Source: Candidatus Aenigmatarchaeota archaeon (GTDB taxonomy: Archaea > Aenigmatarchaeota > Aenigmatarchaeia > QMZP01 > QMZT01). From it: DNA of 64,000 nucleotides. Location: NCBI GenBank assembly GCA_026397315.1, contig JAPLVC010000007.1:1-64000 (forward strand). The letters run 5' to 3'. The notes under the pieces are model-generated. The model searched no databases. It was not told the origin of the DNA and saw nothing but the letters and a program-made list of their open reading frames with translations. The position numbers were made by a program, and so were the translations under genes. Below, piece by piece: positions 9,442 through 18,456 of the stretch; the first letter of the stretch is position 1; every line of letters starts with the position of its first letter.

Positions 9442-10395
9442 ATGCCTAACTTATCAACAAACTGGGAATGTGATTGCTGTCATAACATCAATACGGCATA
9501 TAACAAACGTTGTATAGTATGTGATGTAGAAAGAAGTAATGTAGATAATAGTAACGTTTCAGTTCTTTGTATGGAAACAAGTCAACAGAGGAAATGGCTT
9601 GAAAAGCTGCTTGACAAGGAATACGGGTTTTGTGACGGTGTTTTTCCAAGGAAGGCGATAGTTGACGAGATGAGGGCCAGGGAAATCAAAGCGGCATTGG
9701 ATTTCGAGTTATGCCACAAGAACACTTCTGGTCACATCTGCACCGAGTGTGGAAGGCGTGTCGAACGGCCAAGCACGTGCAAAAACCGCTTGTGCCCACA
9801 ATGTTCTTCGATACGATACGCCATGATAATGAGGAAGTATGAAAAACCAGTCAAGGACATGGTTCATCCCGTCCTTTTGACCGTGAGCATAGGCCACATC
9901 CCGTTGAACTACCCGGAAGTTCTGTCGTATTATCGCCGTCTTTTCTATAAACTGGTGAGGAAGCTGGACAGTAAAATCAGGTCGGGGTTCGTCGTGATAG
10001 AGCTTAGCCCGAAATTCCATCTGCATTTCCACGCCATAATCGACACGCCTTATTACATTCCACAGGAAGAACTCAGCCAGATATGGGAGAAAATAAGCGG
10101 CTATGAATACGTTCATATCAAGAAAATCAACAACAATGAGGCCTTGGCCTATTTGATCAAATACGTGGTAAAATCGCCAGAATTTGAATCGGTTGCATCA
10201 TATGTCAACTATTACCAGATGACGAAGGGTCGAAGGCTTTTCTCCACCATCGGGGCACTTTACAAACTAAAGTCGGTACTTAAAATCAAAGAACGTTGCA
10301 CATGTGGAAGCAATGAGCTGGCTTATTTGCACTTGGAATACGTAGAGCACGACTTCATGATAAAATATTTCGGGTCTATGGACAAGGTGCCGTGA
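9442..10395 (+). CDS. HUH-superfamily rolling-circle replication initiator (Rep)
   Basis: motif I 'LLTVS', motif II 'FHLHFHAII', motif III 'YLIKYVVK'; N-terminal Cys clusters. Confidence 0.85.
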   Translation: MPNLSTNWECDCCHNINTAYNKRCIVCDVERSNVDNSNVSVLCMETSQQRKWLEKLLDKEYGFCDGVFPRKAIVDEMRAREIKAALDFELCHKNTSGHICTECGRRVERPSTCKNRLCPQCSSIRYAMIMRKYEKPVKDMVHPVLLTVSIGHIPLNYPEVLSYYRRLFYKLVRKLDSKIRSGFVVIELSPKFHLHFHAIIDTPYYIPQEELSQIWEKISGYEYVHIKKINNNEALAYLIKYVVKSPEFESVASYVNYYQMTKGRRLFSTIGALYKLKSVLKIKERCTCGSNELAYLHLEYVEHDFMIKYFGSMDKVP

Positions 10396-10401
10396 TAATA
10401 A

Positions 10402-11235
10402 TTATGTATTTTGTATTTTAAAGCCAATTTTATTTAATTGAGTTATTTTTTTGTATTCTACTTGAAAAATTCTTTTAGGTGGCAATTTCGGATTTTTTTC
10501 GATATTTCTCAAATACTTTAAATATTTATCGCGTGTCATGGATACATTTTTATAAATTATAGTAAAATCAAATAATGGTTTCAAAAAAGACAACTGCCAC
10601 ACTAATCCAAATGGGCTATATTTTACATTTTTTTTATCATATTCAACAAAAATGATGCATTTTTTGTTTGCAGGATTTTCAACAAGAGACATTCCAATTA
10701 TATTCGCTTCGTCGATTGTTACATAACATCTCTTACCATAATATAAATCACCTTTAATATGATTACATTCCTTTGAAAAAGGATTATTTCCGCATATAGA
10801 GCATGTCGCTTTTTTTGTCACATATTCAACACTGTTGAACATGGTATATGGAAATAATGATTCAATTTTTAGTAAATAATTATATAGCATATTTGAATCA
10901 AAAAAATCGTTACCGTTAACAGATAAATCCAAAACATCTATTGCAAGTAGGCAATCTTGTAAATGATTCCATGAGTCATCTGGTGATGATCTCAAATGAG
11001 TCCAGCATTTAATAAAATGTTCAAATAAATGCCAATAAGCTCTAAAAATAAAATGCTGATTGCAAACAAGTTCACTTTTATCTCCGTTTTTGTCTATCAT
11101 ATTATTTTCAAATTTAATTTTAGATTGAATTAATGTATTAGCATTTTCAAAATCCTCTAATTGAATGTATTTAATTATTTGTTCTTTATCATTCCAAAAA
11201 GAATCATCATCAACCTTTAATTCAATGTTTCTCAT
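10402..11235 (-). CDS. hypothetical protein with prohead-protease-like Zn-insert domain
   Basis: 'NSVEY..KKATCSICG...CNHIKG..Y.GKRC...MSLVENPA'. Confidence 0.5.
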   Translation of the reverse strand: MRNIELKVDDDSFWNDKEQIIKYIQLEDFENANTLIQSKIKFENNMIDKNGDKSELVCNQHFIFRAYWHLFEHFIKCWTHLRSSPDDSWNHLQDCLLAIDVLDLSVNGNDFFDSNMLYNYLLKIESLFPYTMFNSVEYVTKKATCSICGNNPFSKECNHIKGDLYYGKRCYVTIDEANIIGMSLVENPANKKCIIFVEYDKKNVKYSPFGLVWQLSFLKPLFDFTIIYKNVSMTRDKYLKYLRNIEKNPKLPPKRIFQVEYKKITQLNKIGFKIQNT

Positions 11236-11822
11236 AACCTATCTATTATCTCAGAAATTTTTTCTCCAGTGAAAGTATTTTTTATATCGTTTGCGGGGCC
11301 ATCATACTCTAATTTTAGCATACTTTTTTTGTCACGTTTTTCTATTTGAATTTTGAAATGTATCTGGTTTTTAGAATTAGAAAAAATTCTTGGATACTTA
11401 TTTTTTAGATATTCTATGACTATATCAACTACACTCTCAATGCCTACTTTTAGAATAAAATCTATTCCTAAAGTGATGATAGGTAGATAAGAATCTATAT
11501 TATTTAAACTCAATATTTCTTCTGGGTCGGACAAATAAGTGGCATTTTGTTGCGTTTCTTGATTTACGTATTTTACAAAATCAGCTGTTTCTTTTGGATA
11601 TAACCAATTTTTATTAGCTCTCCATCCTCTATTAGGAGTTATGAAAATACATGGTTCATTTTTCTTTATTTTTTCCTTTGCCTCTGCGGAAAGAACTTCA
11701 CTATAAGTTTCAAAATTAATATTTTCCTCTGCAATTTTCAAAGACATAAAAAATAGATGATTTTTGACCTTATAAATTTCTGTTTCCAATTTACTATCTT
11801 CATTATATAAAAAATTCAGCAT
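11232..11822 (-). CDS. hypothetical protein, translationally coupled partner of 10402-11235
   Basis: 196 aa; ATGA stop/start overlap. Confidence 0.6.
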   Translation of the reverse strand: MLNFLYNEDSKLETEIYKVKNHLFFMSLKIAEENINFETYSEVLSAEAKEKIKKNEPCIFITPNRGWRANKNWLYPKETADFVKYVNQETQQNATYLSDPEEILSLNNIDSYLPIITLGIDFILKVGIESVVDIVIEYLKNKYPRIFSNSKNQIHFKIQIEKRDKKSMLKLEYDGPANDIKNTFTGEKISEIIDRL

Positions 11823-11842
11823 ATTTCAAAATTACTTAATAT

Positions 11843-12208
11843 TTATTGAATTTTTTCAATCAGAATGCTTCTTTTTTTCTGTATTTCCTTGATTCTTTGC
11901 AACAGAAAAAACTTCCACTTCGGCTTGTACGTGTGAACGAAGATTATTGGCGTATTTTCCAGCTTGTATATCTTTTGCCTGAAAGAATAGTCGATGTTTG
12001 GGTTGCCGCACACCTCGACATAAATTCCAAATTCGGAAAGGAAGAAGTCGGGTGTCCATATCCTCGGTCTGTCCTTGTGGTCGGTGATGAATAGCGGTTG
12101 TTCAAAAACCCACCATAGTTTCTTGAATTTGAGGAATTCCGCTACTTTCTTCTCCTCCGCAGTCATTTCTTCATAAATGCTGAAATGTTGATGGAGGCTG
12201 TTTTCCAT
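11843..12208 (-). CDS. PD-(D/E)xK nuclease-fold protein
   Basis: 'EEKKVAEFL...FEQP...WTPDFFL...IYVEVCG'. Confidence 0.7.
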   Translation of the reverse strand: MENSLHQHFSIYEEMTAEEKKVAEFLKFKKLWWVFEQPLFITDHKDRPRIWTPDFFLSEFGIYVEVCGNPNIDYSFRQKIYKLENTPIIFVHTYKPKWKFFLLQRIKEIQKKRSILIEKIQ

Positions 12209-12292
12209 GATTGAACTATGAATTTATAATATAAATGTTTGTATAAAACATTTGGATACTCGATTGTAAGAACGTTTATACAAAATGTTTAT

Positions 12293-12502
12293 ATGACCAG
12301 CAAGCACGAACCGGACGTATTGTCAATTCTCTCAACAAACGAAATCAAAAGCACGAACCAGGTTCTCAAGGAACTCGAAAAAATAACGGGCAAGAAAATC
12401 AACTGGCATGTCCTATACAGGATTCTCATGGATCTCGAAAGGGACGGAAAAATAGAAAGGCTAAAGGCCGATGCCGGATTTTTTTGGAAAAAACGAGATT
12501 GA
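12293..12502 (+). CDS. small winged-helix regulator
   Basis: 'STNQVLKEL...WHVLYRILMDLERDGKIER'; divergent from the nuclease gene. Confidence 0.65.
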   Translation: MTSKHEPDVLSILSTNEIKSTNQVLKELEKITGKKINWHVLYRILMDLERDGKIERLKADAGFFWKKRD

Positions 12503-13642
12503 ATATTTGCAATTTAAAAATTCAATCCACTTATCCAGAGGTGATGGTTCATAATATGGTTCTAACATAATTTCAAAAATAAGTATTTCTGGCAAATGAA
12601 AAAATGTGAATAACCAAAAATAAAAAGATCTTTTTTCTCTGAAATCTTTCTCCAAAAAACCACCTCGGCAACAAACAAACCAAGGGGAGATTCTAGTCAT
12701 TTTAGAAAAGTTTTTGATTTTTGGCGGATTAATTGCTATAATCGAAGGGTAATACCTCCCTTTTTTTTCAAATTTAAATTTGAAATATATTTTACCTTGA
12801 ATTTCAGGTAAAAAATTCTCTTTTCTTCCATATCTTATTTTAGTAAAATCTTTACCTAATGAATTATTAATTATCACTTCATGACCCTTTGGTATTTCTT
12901 TCATCCCAACAAAATTAAGGAAATATTTCAATTCTGTTCCTAACATCATTAATGAATCAATGTATGGACGTTCGGCCCAATTACTGAGATACAGGGTAAA
13001 GGTGATATTTTTTATTTTTTTATGTGTGGAATCACCTGATAAAATAAGTATGTAAAAAGACCCAGAATAAACAATTTTAAACGTGAAATTATTTTCCTTT
13101 ACGTTTTTCAAAGAAGAATAAAAGTTTTCTATGCCGTGGCCACAAAATTTTATTTTTCTTGATTTCAATAGCCAGAATCCATCCCTTTTTCTGGATAGAT
13201 TTGATGTTATTAAATTTTCAAACCCATAAAGGATTTTCAAGTCTAGATCTTTTAAATCAAATTTTGTTTTATATAAACGATAATGAATGTAATCACTTAA
13301 CACATTATAATGCGTCTCGAATGGAAAATCTGGTAAAAAAATAATATCTTCATTTATAGCATAATTTTTATAATTGAAAAATTTATTTCCATCGATAGTT
13401 TTGTATTTTGTTATCTTCTCATACTCTTTACACAATGCATTAAATCCTTTAACTGTTAAGATAAATTTTTTATTTTTAGTTTGAATATAACCAGTTCTGA
13501 TTAAACTTTTAATTATCTTTATTATTTTTTCATCCTTTTCCTCAAAAAGTTGAGATAAAGATTTAGCATCATAACCTTTTACAATATATGAAAGAATGGT
13601 AGAGTGACCTGATTTCATAAAAAATAAATCTATTAAAAGCAT
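12461..13642 (-). CDS. hypothetical protein with N-terminal winged helix
   Basis: 393 aa AT-rich ORF; 'IKSLIRTGYIQ...FILTVKG'. Confidence 0.55.
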   Translation of the reverse strand: MLLIDLFFMKSGHSTILSYIVKGYDAKSLSQLFEEKDEKIIKIIKSLIRTGYIQTKNKKFILTVKGFNALCKEYEKITKYKTIDGNKFFNYKNYAINEDIIFLPDFPFETHYNVLSDYIHYRLYKTKFDLKDLDLKILYGFENLITSNLSRKRDGFWLLKSRKIKFCGHGIENFYSSLKNVKENNFTFKIVYSGSFYILILSGDSTHKKIKNITFTLYLSNWAERPYIDSLMMLGTELKYFLNFVGMKEIPKGHEVIINNSLGKDFTKIRYGRKENFLPEIQGKIYFKFKFEKKGRYYPSIIAINPPKIKNFSKMTRISPWFVCCRGGFLEKDFREKRSFYFWLFTFFHLPEILIFEIMLEPYYEPSPLDKWIEFLNCKYSISFFPKKSGIGL

Positions 13643-13659
13643 AAAAATGAAACTTTCTT

Positions 13660-14625
13660 ATGAATTTCCAAAAAATTTGGATTAAACGGAAAGAGGAAGA
13701 TATACACGACTGTTTAAAAAAGGCTTATGTGAAGTTAGGATACGAAGTAAATAATATTCACGCAAGTGATCGAAGTCATGAAAACGGTATAGATTTGGAA
13801 TGTATAAACGCCGAAGAGATCATACATATACAAGCAAAACTCAAACCTGTTTCATCCGATATAAAACAATTAAAAAATTTTGCAAGATCTAAAGCAGATA
13901 AAAAAATATATGTTTATGTTTTAGATCCATCAAGAAAATTCGATGAAGAAATAAAAAATTATAAAGAAAAGATAAATTTTTGGAATGCCGAACAATTACA
14001 TGAATTCTTTTTGAAAACTGAGATACCCAGTTATATCAGATTGTTATTCTTGTCGTCAGATTTAATTCAAACAATTATCGAAACACTAAAAGAAATAAAT
14101 AAATCAAAAAAAGTAAAAAAGACCGAACTAAAAACCGAACAGTTGCGAGATTGGTGGATTTTAAAGGATAGAGCAGTGAAATTACATGCAAATTTAGAAT
14201 TTTTAAGAGACGCTTACCAAACAGAACTCTTAAAAAAGGACAGAATTGAAATTTCTGAAGTCAAAAAATATATCGATGATTTAATGAAAAAGTTTGAATT
14301 AATAAATCAGAGTTCTGCAATTGATTTGCTTTATATTTTCAAAAAAATAAATTCTGTATATCCTTCACTTATTTCTAAATTCATAAACGTGACTGAACGT
14401 CGTTCGAATTGGACTGGTTTCCCCTTTCATCTCGATGCAGACAAAAAGTATTTGGAAGAATTATTAATAGAAAATTGGTTATTAGCAAAATTAGATGAGG
14501 TATCTTTTTTCGGTTTTATTAATTATTGTCTCAAAGACCTAAAAGAAGCAGCGAAGGCGATAGAAGATGGTGTTGATTGGGTTCATGAAGATAGGTTTAA
14601 GATATCAGAACTTGAGCATCTTTAA
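13660..14625 (+). CDS. Mrr-like restriction endonuclease domain protein
   Basis: 'ENGIDLEC...IHIQAK' (D...QxK); 'INFWNAEQL'. Confidence 0.7.
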   Translation: MNFQKIWIKRKEEDIHDCLKKAYVKLGYEVNNIHASDRSHENGIDLECINAEEIIHIQAKLKPVSSDIKQLKNFARSKADKKIYVYVLDPSRKFDEEIKNYKEKINFWNAEQLHEFFLKTEIPSYIRLLFLSSDLIQTIIETLKEINKSKKVKKTELKTEQLRDWWILKDRAVKLHANLEFLRDAYQTELLKKDRIEISEVKKYIDDLMKKFELINQSSAIDLLYIFKKINSVYPSLISKFINVTERRSNWTGFPFHLDADKKYLEELLIENWLLAKLDEVSFFGFINYCLKDLKEAAKAIEDGVDWVHEDRFKISELEHL

Positions 14626-14698
14626 AATTATGAAAATGAGTTTGACAACAAAATTATTTAAATATAATCTTTTAAGTCACATTTTAGAATTCTAAAAT

Positions 14699-15404
14699 AT
14701 GACCCAAAACAGAACTGAATATTGCCGGCAGTATTACCAGAAAAACAGGGAAACTCTCCTAGCCAAATCCAAGGTTTATTACCAGAAGCACAAGGAAGGA
14801 AAGAAAGAATATTTCAAGGCATACATCTCAAAGCCTGAAAACAAAAAAAGGAAGAATTCTTACCTTAAAAAATACACTAAACAACTAGAAATCAAGGAAG
14901 CCGACAAGAAACGCAAACAAAAAATGAAGGAATGGTATAGGAAATACCATCTGGAATATTACCATAAGAACAAGGAAAGAATTAATGACCAACGTCGGAA
15001 TAATACTTTAAAACGGTGAAATTATTTCAGAAGATAAAGCGTCTATTGAAAGTTGGGAGAGAACATACAGAAAGTTATATCCTAAGAATGAAGGATGGAT
15101 AATAAGACAAAAGGGATTTCCTGATCGGGTTGTGTTTAATAAAAAAACAAAGGAATTAATTTTTTATGAAATCAAAGCCGGAATTCACAAGCTTCATAAG
15201 ACACAACATGAGATGATGTTAATACTGAAAGAAGGTAAAAAAACAAAAGCTTTCTTATGTGAATATGAATCTAAATCTGGGGAAAAAATTAAACCAGATC
15301 AACCCATCACATTAGACACACCTTCCAAGGATTGGGAAGGTGTCAAAGCGCCATACTTTAAATTAAAGGCTGAACGAATAAAAAAGAAGTGTAACAATGC
15401 GTGA
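14699..15404 (+). pseudogene. frameshift-split protein: K/Y-rich N-terminus (14699-15019) plus VRR-NUC-like PD-(D/E)xK domain (open frame 15012-15404)
   Basis: +1 frame reads NGEIISED...KGFPDRVVFN...IFYEIKAG..KLHKTQ with no start codon before the PD motif; removing one A at 15010-15013 fuses the two. Confidence 0.5.
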
Positions 15405-15969
15405 AAAATTAAAAAATAGCGTGATATATTCCTCCCCAGTTATAGGCATAATTGCTTTATTTTATCTATTGTCTTATGCTTTGCCGTCGCTTACTATCGA
15501 ATCTGTATTAACTATCTCACTATCGGTGCCAGCAATATTGTTCACTTATTATAATTATTTTTTTACGGCAAAAGAAAAAATGAGACCGAAACCATCTTTA
15601 GAATTAAAAAATTTTACATTTTCCTTTTCACCCGGTCAAAAAAATCCCCCAGATGAAAATCTTCCAGATGGATACAACGATACACCTTCGACCCTCAACG
15701 GCAGTTTTAAAATTTTCAATACAGGTAAAGTTGATGCTACAAACGTTAGAGGAAACGCTGTGTTTAAGGATATAAGTGATGGTCGGGTCGTTCACGAAAT
15801 TGACTTTGCTTCATTAATTAATATTCCAAAGGAAAAAGGGAATGTGATAATGGATTTTCCTACCGTATATACTTTAGAAAAGGATAAAGATTTTGAAATT
15901 ATTATGATTCTAAAATGCAATGAATGCCCTGAAGGTATACGCTTTACAAAAAATGTAAAAACTGGGTGA
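15397..15969 (+). CDS. membrane-anchored hypothetical protein
   Basis: two N-terminal TM segments, then beta-rich domain ('FNTGKVDATNV'). Confidence 0.6.
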   Translation: MREKLKNSVIYSSPVIGIIALFYLLSYALPSLTIESVLTISLSVPAILFTYYNYFFTAKEKMRPKPSLELKNFTFSFSPGQKNPPDENLPDGYNDTPSTLNGSFKIFNTGKVDATNVRGNAVFKDISDGRVVHEIDFASLINIPKEKGNVIMDFPTVYTLEKDKDFEIIMILKCNECPEGIRFTKNVKTG

Positions 15970-16027
15970 ACAACGGACTTTAATCCTTTTAAAACAAGAA
16001 TTTCATAATATAATAGAAACCTTCTAA

Positions 16028-16062
16028 CTGGGAATTAAGTTCTATCGTCCTCCTGGGGCTTT
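16028..16062 (+). repeat. attR copy 1
   Basis: ctgggaattaagttctatcgtcctcctggggcttt; ends in the tRNA-Thr 3' sequence. Confidence 0.85.
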
Positions 16063-16186
16063 ACACCTGGGGATTAAATCCCCAAATGTACTCAGTCCAC
16101 GGTCTTCTGTCCTCACCGAGTATGGAAGATGTAAGGAAACCCTGCTTAGTTCTACCAGCGAAAACAACCATGAAATTATAACCCGG

Positions 16187-16309
16187 TTTCTGAATTACGA
16201 TCTTGTCGGGAAAGACAGAATTGAAGCAGTCAAACTGGGCAGGAACTGGTTCATAAAAAAGGATGTGCTGGAGAGGTATGCCAACAGGAAAAGGACTGAT
16301 GCGTCATAG
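16187..16309 (+). pseudogene. excisionase-like HTH remnant
   Basis: FLNYDLVGKDRIEAVKLGRNWFIKKDVLERY..., no in-frame start codon downstream of attR. Confidence 0.5.
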
Positions 16310-16377
16310 CCCCTCCTGAATTACTTTATATGCCATCAGATTAATCTCCAACTACTTAACACTTGGGGGTATTTGTT

Positions 16378-16641
16378 ATGAAAATTGTAAAAAGAAATGA
16401 CACGCGAGAGGACTTCGACAGTAATAAACTTAGAAGAGCTATTGAAAAGGCGGCAGCAGACGCAAACATCGCCAGTAATAGGGCCACGGAAATAGCAAAC
16501 AGTGCTGTAAGAGACGTTGAGGAACATTTCAAGAGCAGAGATGAAGTGAGAAGTGCGGATATTAAAAAAAGGGTTCTAGAAGTATTGGACACTGAAGGGA
16601 AAAAAGTCTCTAATGCCGCCAGGAATTTCAAAAAACAGTAA
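16378..16641 (+). CDS. stand-alone ATP-cone domain protein
   Basis: 'MKIVKRNDTREDFDSNKLRRAIEKAA...VRSADIKKRVLEVL'. Confidence 0.85.
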   Translation: MKIVKRNDTREDFDSNKLRRAIEKAAADANIASNRATEIANSAVRDVEEHFKSRDEVRSADIKKRVLEVLDTEGKKVSNAARNFKKQ

Positions 16642-16778
16642 GTCAGAAATTCGTTTGCTTTTGGGGTGCATTGCCCCCTTTCCTTTTTACATGTAAATTA
16701 TTAAAAAACACTACCCTTTTAAACCTGAAGCTGGCCGTCCACGTAATTCTTGATAATAAATAGGTAGAAACCCCTTAT

Positions 16779-16813
16779 CTGAGAATTCGGTTCTAACGTC
16801 CTCTTGGGGCTTT
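16779..16813 (+). repeat. degenerate attR copy 2
   Basis: ctgagaattcggttctaacgtcctcttggggcttt; 30/35 identical to 16028-16062. Confidence 0.8.
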
Positions 16814-16870
16814 CCATCCTTTTACAGGGTACACGTGAGAACCGGCATGCAAAATCGTAACCCCTAATCC

Positions 16871-16936
16871 ATGTGACTACAAAAATTGAAAATGTAGTCA
16901 CATAAATAATTAATTTATAAATATGTAGTCACATAA
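16871..16936. promoter_or_regulatory. TGTAGTCACAT operator-like repeats around the TATA box of the Fic gene
   Basis: inverted copy 16871-16881, direct copies 16893-16903 and 16924-16934; TTTATAAATA between the last two. Confidence 0.6.
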
Positions 16937-16943
16937 TATTATC

Positions 16944-17885
16944 ATGCACATCGAAATTCGCAAAAGAGGCGGCAAAAAACTATACTATCTGGCGTACTCC
17001 TTCAGGGATAACGGCAGGGTAAGAAAAATCAGAAGATATCTCGGCACCGATTTGACGAGCAAAAAAATAGCGGAAACCAGGAAACAGGCCGAAAAATCCA
17101 TCACTGAACAGATGGGTAACTACAGGAAGATAAGAGATCCGCTCCACACGGTCTTGTCCGCTGAGGAAATGAAAGCCGTCAAAACCATGCTTACAGACAG
17201 CGAGATGAAAATATCTCACCTTTCCGACAGCCAGTGGGAAATGTTCACAGAGCTTTTCACCTATGACACAAACGCTATAGAGGGCTCTACCATCACCGTC
17301 TCGGAGGTCAGGGAGATAATCAGGGAGGACAAGTGGCCGCCGAGAAGGTCAAAAGAGGAGATATCGGAGACGTATGGCGTCGCTGAAGCCGTGGATTTCA
17401 TACGCAAAACCAAGGAGCATGTGTCGCTCGAGCTGATTAAAAGCCTCCACAGGATTGTTTTCAAAAATTCCAAGGCTTTTGCCGGCGAATTCAGGTCCAA
17501 AGGCATCGAGGTCGCGGTTGTCGACAGCAAGGGCGGAGTGATACATAAAGGCGCTCCGCAGAAGCAGGTCGCGAGGCTCCTGAAAGAACTTGTAAAATGG
17601 TATGACAGAAGCAAGGGAAAATATCATCCCATCGTCCTAGCGGCGGTCGTCCACAACCAGTTCGAGAACGTACATCCGTTTCAGGACGGCAACGGCAGGG
17701 TCGGCCGCCTTCTGCTTAACAACATCCTCATCAAGCACGGTTTGCCGCCCGTCAATATCGAACTGCAAAACAGGATAGAGTATTATGCCGCCCTGCAGGC
17801 ATATGAAAATCATGGCAACTTAAGACCGACAATAGAGCTTATACTGAAAGAATACATGAAAATGAGAAAAGCGCTGAATCGATAA
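16944..17885 (+). CDS. Fic family protein
   Basis: canonical HPFQDGNGRVGR; 'TNAIEGS'. Confidence 0.93.
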   Translation: MHIEIRKRGGKKLYYLAYSFRDNGRVRKIRRYLGTDLTSKKIAETRKQAEKSITEQMGNYRKIRDPLHTVLSAEEMKAVKTMLTDSEMKISHLSDSQWEMFTELFTYDTNAIEGSTITVSEVREIIREDKWPPRRSKEEISETYGVAEAVDFIRKTKEHVSLELIKSLHRIVFKNSKAFAGEFRSKGIEVAVVDSKGGVIHKGAPQKQVARLLKELVKWYDRSKGKYHPIVLAAVVHNQFENVHPFQDGNGRVGRLLLNNILIKHGLPPVNIELQNRIEYYAALQAYENHGNLRPTIELILKEYMKMRKALNR

Positions 17886-17916
17886 GTAATGCCAATGCGA
17901 TTGCAGGAAATTCTTA

Positions 17917-18381
17917 TCAGTTCACCTGGCCGGTTACGGTGCCTATCTCAGTGTGGTCGAGCCCGCCGGAATTATAGACTATCGCTATCTTTATCGAATA
18001 AGCATTCCCTGGCTTCAGCACAGGCGTCGTCTCGAACTCTATTTGCCTGGACTCGCCTGGCTTCAGTACCAGGTCAACCGGGCTGTACGAGGTGCTCTGG
18101 TCGCCTATGGTCGCCGTTATCGTGCGTATCGTCAGAGGCGTCGAGAGCCGCCCGTTCTCCAGATTCAATATGAATTTGCCGTCGGCGCTTTTCAGCTCCC
18201 AGTCAATCGGGGTTCCCAGCACCTGGAAACCGGTGACCGTCCGCCCCGCGAACATCAGAGGGTTGAACAGGCCCAAACCGTAAAACGCCGCGGCCAGTAT
18301 CACCACGATGAATATGGCCCAGCCATACGACATAAGATATTCCATAGCCGACTGCGCTTTCTCTCTCGCGAACTTTCTCAT
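17917..18381 (-). CDS. class III signal peptide (type IV pilin-like) protein
   Basis: 'REKA|QSAMEYLMSYGWAIFIVVIL'. Confidence 0.85.
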   Translation of the reverse strand: MRKFAREKAQSAMEYLMSYGWAIFIVVILAAAFYGLGLFNPLMFAGRTVTGFQVLGTPIDWELKSADGKFILNLENGRLSTPLTIRTITATIGDQSTSYSPVDLVLKPGESRQIEFETTPVLKPGNAYSIKIAIVYNSGGLDHTEIGTVTGQVN

Positions 18382-18456
18382 GCTCCAACCCCCGCAACCA
18401 TGATGAGAATAATATGTGAAAATAGAAATAAAAACCCCGAATTTCATTAACTCATT

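Larger units (their letters stand above)
6406..16062. mobile_element. integrated rolling-circle plasmid/virus-like element at tRNA-Thr 3' end
   Basis: 14-bp direct repeat CCTCCTGGGGCTTT at 6406-6419 (tRNA 3' end) and 16049-16062; integrase adjacent; HUH Rep; AT-rich cargo. Confidence 0.88.

Noticed and set aside
15007-15013. T-TTA-AAA slippery heptamer suggesting a programmed -1 frameshift
   Set aside because: The -1 frame closes after ~30 codons; the nuclease domain is in the +1 frame.
6406-16062. Complete provirus
   Set aside because: No recognisable capsid, portal, terminase, packaging ATPase or spike genes.
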